A stretch of DNA of 32,401 bases. It comes from Candidatus Bipolaricaulota bacterium (lineage in GTDB: Bacteria; Bipolaricaulota; Bipolaricaulia; UBA7950; UBA9294). The notes beneath the pieces were generated by a model that saw only the letters and a program-made list of their open reading frames with translations, made no database searches and had not been told where the DNA came from. This document shows positions 26,142 to 32,401 of this stretch, in pieces (the stretch's first letter is position 1; every line of letters begins with the position of its first letter). A program made the position numbers and the translations under genes. The stretch spans positions 1-32,401 of the forward strand of contig JBFMGK010000037.1 in NCBI GenBank assembly GCA_040752575.1, written 5' to 3'.

Positions 26142-26189
26142 TTGACACGGGCTCTGTACCATGCATACTTGCACACAACTGCACGCATG
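26142..26189 (+). promoter_or_regulatory. arsR promoter with overlapping imperfect palindrome (candidate ArsR operator)
   Basis: TTGACA-N16-CATACT; CATGCATAC...GCACGCATG inverted repeat (26160-26189) covers the -10 and the transcript start region. Confidence 0.6.
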
Positions 26190-26198
26190 GAGGACGTC

Positions 26199-26489
26199 AT
26201 GTTGCCGACAAGCCAACTCGTCCGAATCGGCAAAGCGCTTGCCCACCCGGCGCGCGTTCGCATTCTGTTCATGCTTCGCGACGGGGAAACGTGTGGGTGC
26301 GAGTTCACGCCCGCGCTCTGTCTCGACGCTTCGGTGGTCTCGCGCCATCTCGCGACCCTCGCGGCAGCGGGACTTGTGACATCCCGACGCGACGGCGTTC
26401 GTGTGTTGTGGAGTTTGACCGACGCCGCCGTACCCGCCGTGCTCGAGGACCTCGCGGAGCGCGTCCGCGAGAGGGAGGTCGTCGGATGA
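26199..26489 (+). CDS. arsR: ArsR/SmtB family repressor
   Basis: KALAHPARVRIL, GETCGCEF (CxC site like ELCVCDL), SVVSRHLATL..AGLV..RRDG. Confidence 0.92.
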   Translation: MLPTSQLVRIGKALAHPARVRILFMLRDGETCGCEFTPALCLDASVVSRHLATLAAAGLVTSRRDGVRVLWSLTDAAVPAVLEDLAERVREREVVG

Positions 26490-27793
26490 GAAAGGAACTG
26501 CGGATCTTTGCGATGATCCTTGGCGTCTTCCTTGTGGCGTACCTCGTTCCGTTCTCGAGCGCGGTCGTCCGCGGCGCGATTCAAGAAGCGCTTCTGATGC
26601 TGCAGGAGTACGCGCGCGAGCACGTGCTGCTCTGTCTCATTCCCGCGCTGTTCATCGCGGGCGCGATCGCCGTGTTCATCAGCCAAGGCAGCGTGATGAA
26701 GTACCTCGGCGGAAAGGCGCGCAAGCTCGTCGCCTATGGCGTGGCTTCGGTCTCTGGAGCGATTCTCGCGGTCTGTTCGTGTACGGTCCTGCCGCTCTTT
26801 GCCGGGATCTACAAGCGCGGTGCAGGGTTGGGGCCGGCGATCGCATTTCTCTACTCGGGACCGGCGATCAACATCCTGGCGATCATTCTCACCGGGCGGA
26901 TCCTTGGCGTGAAGTTCGGACTGGCGCGCGCCCTTGGCGCAATCCTGTTCTCGATTGCGATTGGCGCTGCAATGCAGTTCCTCTTCCGCAAAGAGGAGCG
27001 CGAGAAGGAGGCGGCCGCGCTGGCGATGCCCGAACCGGCGCCCGGGCGACCTCTGTGGCAGACGGCGACGTTTGTTGCGCTGATGATCGGCGTTCTCGTG
27101 TTCGCAAACTGGGGCAAGCCGGCGGCAATCGAGCTCCTCACCGTGGACGGCGAGGCCATCGAAGCGACCTACGCCGGGGAGACGTCGGACGTCATCCGCT
27201 ACAAGCCCGCAGGCGCCGAGTCCGAGGTTCAAGCCATCGAGAAGAGCCGCGTGACACAGCGCGCCTACGCACCGTCCCTGTACGCAACGATCTACAAGAA
27301 CCGTTTCTTGATCGCCGGCGCGTTCCTCGCCGCTCTGTTGGCGGTGCTTGCGCTGTGGTTCAAGCGATCGGAAATCCGCGAGTGGGGCGGGTCCACGTGG
27401 TCGTACGCCAAGCTGATCCTGCCCTACCTGTTTGGCGGCGTGCTGATCGCCGGCCTCCTGCTCGGGCGGCCGGGGCACACGGCGCTCATTCCGCCGGAGT
27501 GGATCAGCGCGGCGGTCGGCGGGAACAGCTGGCTGTCAAACTTCGTGGCAAGCCTCGCCGGCGCGCTGATGTACTTCGCAACGCTGACCGAACTGCCGAT
27601 TGTGCAGGGGTTGATGGGGGCGGGCATGGGAGACGGTCCGGCGCTCGCGCTGCTCCTTGCCGGTCCGGCGCTATCGCTCCCGAGCATGCTGGTGATCCGG
27701 AAGGTTCTCGGCACGAAGAAGACCTTGGCCTTCGTATCGCTCGTGGTCGTCGCCGCGACGCTGACGGGGAAGCTGTTCGGGACCATCGCGTGA
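26486..27793 (+). CDS. arsP: ArsP / DUF318 family permease
   Basis: HVLLCLIPALFIAGAI, AVCSCTVLPLF, FLYSGPAIN, MYFATLTE, LLAGPALSLPSM. ATGA overlap with arsR. Confidence 0.88.
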   Translation: MRKELRIFAMILGVFLVAYLVPFSSAVVRGAIQEALLMLQEYAREHVLLCLIPALFIAGAIAVFISQGSVMKYLGGKARKLVAYGVASVSGAILAVCSCTVLPLFAGIYKRGAGLGPAIAFLYSGPAINILAIILTGRILGVKFGLARALGAILFSIAIGAAMQFLFRKEEREKEAAALAMPEPAPGRPLWQTATFVALMIGVLVFANWGKPAAIELLTVDGEAIEATYAGETSDVIRYKPAGAESEVQAIEKSRVTQRAYAPSLYATIYKNRFLIAGAFLAALLAVLALWFKRSEIREWGGSTWSYAKLILPYLFGGVLIAGLLLGRPGHTALIPPEWISAAVGGNSWLSNFVASLAGALMYFATLTELPIVQGLMGAGMGDGPALALLLAGPALSLPSMLVIRKVLGTKKTLAFVSLVVVAATLTGKLFGTIA

Positions 27794-27841
27794 AGGGGTC
27801 AGGGGTTGCGGGAACGGGACTCGGTGGAAACGGGAGGGTGC

Positions 27842-28429
27842 ATGCAAGGCAGTGCGAGGCTCTTGGGGGTTCGGTTGCGGCGGCGCGCTTGCGTTGTGAT
27901 CGGATGGGCTCTCGTGGTCGGGCTGTCCGCCCTCACAGGCTGCTCGACATCGTCTCCGTCTCGCGTTGTGGCTGTAGTCGAACAGGGCCCGGAAAACGCA
28001 TCAAGCGCGACGACGATTGCCGTCGAAGCGCTGGCGGCGGCTCCTCCTGCAGAGGCTCCCGTGGTCGAGGCGGTTGCAGAAAGCGTGGGTTGGGAAACCG
28101 TTTCCAAACCTGCGCCGGTTCCCGAGGTCGTCTCGGAGTCAGCGAAGCTGCCGCGCCTCGTTGATTTGGGTGCCTCGACGTGCATTCCGTGCAGAGAGAT
28201 GGCTCCGATCCTCGAGGAGCTAGGCCGGACGCATAAGGCGTATTTCGAGGTCGTGTTCATCGACGTTCGCAAGACGCCGAGCGAAGCGCGTGAGTACGGC
28301 ATCCGCGTGATCCCGACACAGATCTTCTACGATGCCGACGGACGCGAGCTCTTCCGGCACGTCGGCTTCTACTCGAAGGCACAGATTCTTGCGAAGTGGC
28401 GGGCACTCGGGGTCGACGTCGGCTCGTAG
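27842..28429 (+). CDS. Thioredoxin-family lipoprotein with an Ala/Glu/Pro-rich linker
   Basis: Lipobox LTG-C; LPRLVDLGASTCIPCREM, IPTQIFYD, RHVGF. Confidence 0.85.
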   Translation: MQGSARLLGVRLRRRACVVIGWALVVGLSALTGCSTSSPSRVVAVVEQGPENASSATTIAVEALAAAPPAEAPVVEAVAESVGWETVSKPAPVPEVVSESAKLPRLVDLGASTCIPCREMAPILEELGRTHKAYFEVVFIDVRKTPSEAREYGIRVIPTQIFYDADGRELFRHVGFYSKAQILAKWRALGVDVGS

Positions 28430-28456
28430 AGGCGGGCGGGAGGAGGAAACGAGAGT

Positions 28457-29155
28457 ATGGGAGACGTCTTCTCCGCACTGTCGGACGCCCTCGGGAAGAG
28501 CGTCCCGCTTGCCTTGGGAGCTTCGTTCGTTTGGGGCGCCCTGAGCATCGTGCTCAGTCCCTGCCACCTTGTGAGCATCCCCCTCATCGTCGGCTACATC
28601 GGCCGCCAGCGGACGATGACGACGCGCCGATCGCTCGGTCTGTCCAGCGTCTTTGCGCTCGGCATCCTTGTGACGATCGCCGCCGTCGGCGGCCTTACCG
28701 CAGCCGCGGGTCGGATCCTCGGCGACGTGGGGCGCATCGGGAACTACGTGATGGCGGGCGTGTTTGTCCTTGTCGGGCTCTACCTCTTGGACGTGATCAA
28801 GGTCTCGTGGGCGGTTCCGTCGGGTACCCGCGTGCGATTCGGCGGCCTTCCGGGTGCGTTCGCCCTCGGGCTCTTGTTCGGAGTCGCGCTCGGACCGTGC
28901 ACGTTCGCGTACATGGCGCCGATGCTCGCAGTCACGTTCGACCTCGGAACGTCGAACACAGCGCTCGCCGTCGCCCTTCTGTTTGCCTTCGCCGTCGGCC
29001 ACTGCCTGGTGATCGCCGTCGCCGGAACGTCCATGGGCGCTGTGCAGAAATACCTCCACTGGAACGAGAAGAGCCGCGCGATCACGTGGGTGAAACGCGT
29101 TTGCGGGGTCCTTGTGATCTGCGGCGGCGCGTACTTGGTCTACATCGCAATCTAG
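28457..29155 (+). CDS. ccdA: CcdA/DsbD-type transmembrane disulfide reductase
   Basis: LSPCHL and LGPCTF cysteine motifs; about 6 TM helices; GGAGGAGG RBS. Confidence 0.85.
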   Translation: MGDVFSALSDALGKSVPLALGASFVWGALSIVLSPCHLVSIPLIVGYIGRQRTMTTRRSLGLSSVFALGILVTIAAVGGLTAAAGRILGDVGRIGNYVMAGVFVLVGLYLLDVIKVSWAVPSGTRVRFGGLPGAFALGLLFGVALGPCTFAYMAPMLAVTFDLGTSNTALAVALLFAFAVGHCLVIAVAGTSMGAVQKYLHWNEKSRAITWVKRVCGVLVICGGAYLVYIAI

Positions 29156-29174
29156 GAGAAGAAGGAGAGGACCG

Positions 29175-29405
29175 ATGCGCATCGAAGTGCTGGGAACGGG
29201 CTGCCCGAAGTGCAAGGCCGCGCTGGCCAATGTGCAGAAGGCGGTCGCTGAAGCCGGAGTACAGGCTGAAATCGTCAAGGTCGAAGAACTGATGGAGATT
29301 GCGTCGCGCGGCGTGATGATGACGCCCGCTCTCGTCATCGACGGTGACGTGAAGTTCGTCGGAAAGATCCCGACGGTGGATGAGGTCAAGAAGCTGCTGC
29401 TCTAG
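29175..29405 (+). CDS. Small redox-active disulfide protein (MTH895/ArsE-like thioredoxin)
   Basis: IEVLGTGCPKC, GVMMTPALVIDG, GKIP; 76 aa. Confidence 0.9.
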   Translation: MRIEVLGTGCPKCKAALANVQKAVAEAGVQAEIVKVEELMEIASRGVMMTPALVIDGDVKFVGKIPTVDEVKKLLL

Positions 29406-29430
29406 CGATGGCAGGCAGAGGGAGGCCAAG

Positions 29431-29751
29431 ATGAGGCTGCTCGCGGAATGGTTCCCGCAGTTCGCAGACAAGTTTGAGGAAATCGACGCGATCTACCGCG
29501 ACAAGCGATCGATCGACGAAAAGACGTACCAGTTCATCTGCTTTGCGCTGTCGATTAAGAACCGCTCGAAGCCGTGTTTGTTGAAGCACTTCAAAGGTGT
29601 GCTCGCGGCCGGCGCCACGCTGACGGAACTCGCCGAGATCATGGCGCTGACGTTCCGCGAGAGCGCGGGCGGCGACGATTGCTGGACGCACGACGCGCTC
29701 GGAGACGTTCAGCAGCTGATGGCCGAGAACATCCAGTGCTGCCCGAAGTAG
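29431..29751 (+). CDS. Carboxymuconolactone decarboxylase-like protein
   Basis: IDEKTYQFICFALSIK.RSKPCLLKHFKG..AAGAT..E, plus DDCWTHD and a C-terminal CC; GGAGG RBS. Confidence 0.8.
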   Translation: MRLLAEWFPQFADKFEEIDAIYRDKRSIDEKTYQFICFALSIKNRSKPCLLKHFKGVLAAGATLTELAEIMALTFRESAGGDDCWTHDALGDVQQLMAENIQCCPK

Positions 29752-29803
29752 GCTCATTCGCAGCAGGAACTGGACCTGGGTCCGACCGGATCGAGGCAAG
29801 AGC

Positions 29804-30313
29804 TTGGAGGGTCTGTTGGTCTGGCTGAAGAGGATCGTTACGATCGCCCTCCTCGGATTCGTCGGGGTGAGCGTTGGCACGCTGGTCGCGCAAGAAGTGG
29901 GGCGACGCGCGGCGCCGGTCCAGGCCGTCCAGCTGATTCCGCTCGCTTCCGACCTCGCATCGAGCGATGGTCCGTGCCGGATCATCGTCTGCTACTTCCA
30001 TAACACGGAGCGGTGCGCGACGTGTCTGGCGATCGAAGACGCAGCGCGCGAGACCGTCGAGACGGCGTTCGCGGACGATCTGGCCGCCGGGCGAGTGACG
30101 TGGCTGTCTCTCGATATGGAGCAGCCGGAGAACCGGCCGTACATCGACCAGTTCGACCTCGCAATGCCTACGCTGGTCGTGATCCGGCTTGCGGGATTGT
30201 CCATCGAACGGTGGACGGCGCTCGGCGAGACGTGGGGGTACATCCGCAGTCCGGTTCGCTTCTCGATGTATGTCGGTGACGCGCTGCGCGCCGTGATGGA
30301 GGGATGCGAGTGA
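29804..30313 (+). CDS. arsF: ArsF-family membrane-anchored thioredoxin-like protein
   Basis: N-terminal TM; YFHNTERCATCLAIE motif; directly upstream of an ArsG-like gene. TTG start is uncertain. Confidence 0.72.
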   Translation: MEGLLVWLKRIVTIALLGFVGVSVGTLVAQEVGRRAAPVQAVQLIPLASDLASSDGPCRIIVCYFHNTERCATCLAIEDAARETVETAFADDLAAGRVTWLSLDMEQPENRPYIDQFDLAMPTLVVIRLAGLSIERWTALGETWGYIRSPVRFSMYVGDALRAVMEGCE

Positions 30314-31002
30314 GTGGCTGGATCGTCGGCGCCCTGACGGCGTGCTGGCTCGGCATCCTGACGTCGCTGAGCCCGTGTCCGCTCGCGACGAACATCACGG
30401 CGATCTCGTTTGTCGCGCGCCGGACGGCGCGGCCGCGAGCCGTCTTCTCGCTCGGCCTCCTCTACGCGCTCGGCCGGTCGGCCGCCTACGTGCTCGTCGG
30501 GGCGCTCGTCGTCTTTAGTCTGCTCTCCGCGTCGAGTCTGTCCCTCGCGTTGCAGTCGTGGATCGGCCGTGTGCTTGGGCCCACTCTCGTGCTTGTCGGC
30601 ATGGTCATGCTCGACCTCTTGCGCCTTCCGGGGCGCGGACGGGCGCTCAGCGCGCGGTTCCAGGCGCGCGTCGAGCGATGGGGGACGGCCGGAGCGCTTG
30701 CACTGGGATTCCTGTTCGCTCTGTCGTTCTGCCCGATCTCGGCCGCGCTCTTCTTCGGCAGCCTGATTCCCTTGGCCGTTCAGCACGAGTCGGGCATCCT
30801 GTTTCCGCTCCTCTACGGCGTCGGGACCGCGCTTCCGGTGCTGGCGATGGCCGCAGTGCTGTCGTTTGGCGCGGCTGCCGTGGGCCGCGTCTTCGCGCGC
30901 ATCACGAGCGTCGAGACGTGGGTGCGGCGGGCGACCGGCGTGCTGTTCATCGCCGTGGGCGTATATCTGACGCTATCACGAGTCTATGGGGTGATCGGAT
31001 GA
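30310..31002 (+). CDS. arsG: ArsG-family (DsbD/CcdA-like) membrane protein
   Basis: LGILTSLSPCPLATNITAISF, LYALGR, LFALSFCPISAALFFGSLIP, YGVGTALPV. GTGA overlap with arsF. Confidence 0.78.
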   Translation: MSGWIVGALTACWLGILTSLSPCPLATNITAISFVARRTARPRAVFSLGLLYALGRSAAYVLVGALVVFSLLSASSLSLALQSWIGRVLGPTLVLVGMVMLDLLRLPGRGRALSARFQARVERWGTAGALALGFLFALSFCPISAALFFGSLIPLAVQHESGILFPLLYGVGTALPVLAMAAVLSFGAAAVGRVFARITSVETWVRRATGVLFIAVGVYLTLSRVYGVIG

Positions 31003-31832
31003 GGACGCACAGAACACGTGCGGCTGCCGGGGGGGCAAGCCGCCTTGCGGGTGTTGCTCTGCTGGTTGACCTCGCCGCGCCGGGCCTCGGCGGCTGTGCG
31101 ACGCCGAGAGTCGCGAGGGCCGTTCTCGAGGCCTTTCCGTGGGAAGGGGCGGCTCCACTGCTGGTTGAGTTTCGGCTGGACGGCTCGACGTATGGGAAGA
31201 ACCCGGGTTCGTTCACGCTCGATTTCGGCGACGGGACGGCCGCCGTTCAAGGCGACGACCTTCGGATTCGGATCCCACACGTGTACGGCCAGCTCGCGAC
31301 GTACACCGCGCCCCTGAGCGTCGTCTCGGGCGACGGTCAGGCGGCAACGGCCACAGCAATCGTTCGCGTCATCGATGGGAGCGACGTCGAAGACGGCGCA
31401 ACCGTTGGCAAGCGCGCGTTCGACTTCACGGCGCAGACAACCGGCGGGGCGACCGTGACGCTGAGCGAACTCCGCGGCCAGGTCGTGCTGATCGAGTTCT
31501 CGGGCTCGTGGTGCGTTCCGTGTCGGCAGAGCATGCCGCACATCTACGCGCTGTGGGGGGCCTACCACGACGAGGGGCTGATCGTCCTTGCGGTGAGCAC
31601 CGACGAGCAGGCGGGTGAGTCCGTCGCCTATCTCGAGGCAAACGGCCACACGGATCTCACTTGCATCTGGGAGCCCGGCGGGAGGTCGACGCGGATCAAG
31701 CTCCTGTACCAGGTTGATTGGATCCCGCGCACCATCCTTGTTGACCGCGCGGGCATCGTTCGCTACAACGGGCACCCGATGGATCTGACCGAATCCCTTG
31801 TTGAGACAGTTCTCACGACACCGGCACCCTGA
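30999..31832 (+). CDS. PKD-domain / TlpA-like redoxin lipoprotein
   Basis: LGG-C lipobox-like site; PKD motifs GAAPLLVEF, LDFGDG, HVY; redoxin part AFDFT..LSELRGQVVLIEFSGSWCVPC, IPRTILVDRAG. ATGA overlap with arsG. Confidence 0.85.
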   Translation: MRTHRTRAAAGGASRLAGVALLVDLAAPGLGGCATPRVARAVLEAFPWEGAAPLLVEFRLDGSTYGKNPGSFTLDFGDGTAAVQGDDLRIRIPHVYGQLATYTAPLSVVSGDGQAATATAIVRVIDGSDVEDGATVGKRAFDFTAQTTGGATVTLSELRGQVVLIEFSGSWCVPCRQSMPHIYALWGAYHDEGLIVLAVSTDEQAGESVAYLEANGHTDLTCIWEPGGRSTRIKLLYQVDWIPRTILVDRAGIVRYNGHPMDLTESLVETVLTTPAP

Positions 31833-31948
31833 ACGACTGACGGGCGGCGGGCGTGGAACCTCTCTGGGTTCGAAACGCGGCTCGCTGGTGAGGGTAAGTG
31901 AACAGGCAATGGAGCGACAATAAGACGAAGGGCGAAAGGAGCAAGAGA

Positions 31949-32401
31949 ATGGCGCGAACGTTAACTTGTCTGATGCTGGGGTTGCTCGTGGGAGGAGTGG
32001 TCGCGTTGGCTGCGCCTCAGATCGCGGTCGACTTGGCCTATTACGACTTCCCCGCCACGATCGAGGGCATCGCCGTCGTTCACACCTTCGTCCTGTCGAA
32101 CGTCGGAGACCAGAACCTCGCGATCACGAATGTCTACGCTCCGTGCGGCTGCACCACCACGGCCCTCGCGAAGACGACGCTCGCGCCCGGCGAGAGCGTC
32201 GAGCTCATCGCAACGTTTGACACTGAGGGTTACGCTGGGAATGTTGCCAAGCCCGTGACGGTCAGCTCCACGGATCCCCTGCGGCCCCAGCTCTCGCTGG
32301 GCTTCCGGGGGACGGTCCTCGAGCGAGCGGGACATCAGACATCCGTGAGCGACGTTGCCTACAACATCTACCTGCTCATCGACGTTCGCGATCCAGCCCT
32401 C
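31949..32401 (+). CDS. Secreted DUF1573-domain protein, probably followed by a rhodanese domain; runs off the window edge
   Basis: Manual translation: MARTLTCLMLGLLVGGVVALA-APQI...HTFVLSNVGDQNLAITNVYAPCGCTT...LAPGES...LLIDVRDP. AAGGAG RBS; frame open to 32401. Not in the ORF track. Confidence 0.8.
   Translation, partial: MARTLTCLMLGLLVGGVVALAAPQIAVDLAYYDFPATIEGIAVVHTFVLSNVGDQNLAITNVYAPCGCTTTALAKTTLAPGESVELIATFDTEGYAGNVAKPVTVSSTDPLRPQLSLGFRGTVLERAGHQTSVSDVAYNIYLLIDVRDPAL

Noticed and set aside
1..32401. tRNA, rRNA, IS elements, integrases or prophage genes
   Set aside because: None recognised by eye, and the intergenic gaps are short. tRNAscan and Infernal were not run.

Overview
GC-rich bacterial chromosomal window with about 35 densely packed genes. 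I found no rRNA, tRNA, CRISPR array or mobile element. The gene style (PKD-redoxin and DUF1573-rhodanese proteins, ATGA/GTGA-coupled operons) suggests an anaerobic candidate-phylum bacterium such as Bipolaricaulota, but this is a weak inference. The most notable element is a minus-strand operon (1-3750): an ATP-grasp protein with ITPK1-like rather than RimK-like motifs, a 2-phosphoglycerate-kinase/LPA1-like P-loop kinase, two MscS channels (one frameshifted) and myo-inositol-1-phosphate synthase (ino1, missed by the ORF track). It may encode a bacterial lipid-independent inositol-phosphate or compatible-solute pathway. Two arsenic-related loci are present: an hgcC-like gene plus arsM, and arsR-arsP-trx-ccdA-arsE-cmd-arsF-arsG-PKD/TlpA. 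The window also has an AAC(3)/AAC(6')-like fused acetyltransferase, a zeta-toxin-like two-gene module, tandem MFS exporters with nudC, a DUF885 lipoprotein with a degenerate metal site, and housekeeping genes (yjjX, ppiC, blc, fabI, DEAD-box helicase, SPFH, acyl-CoA ligase, RIO kinase). All family calls come from motif recognition by eye, not database searches.
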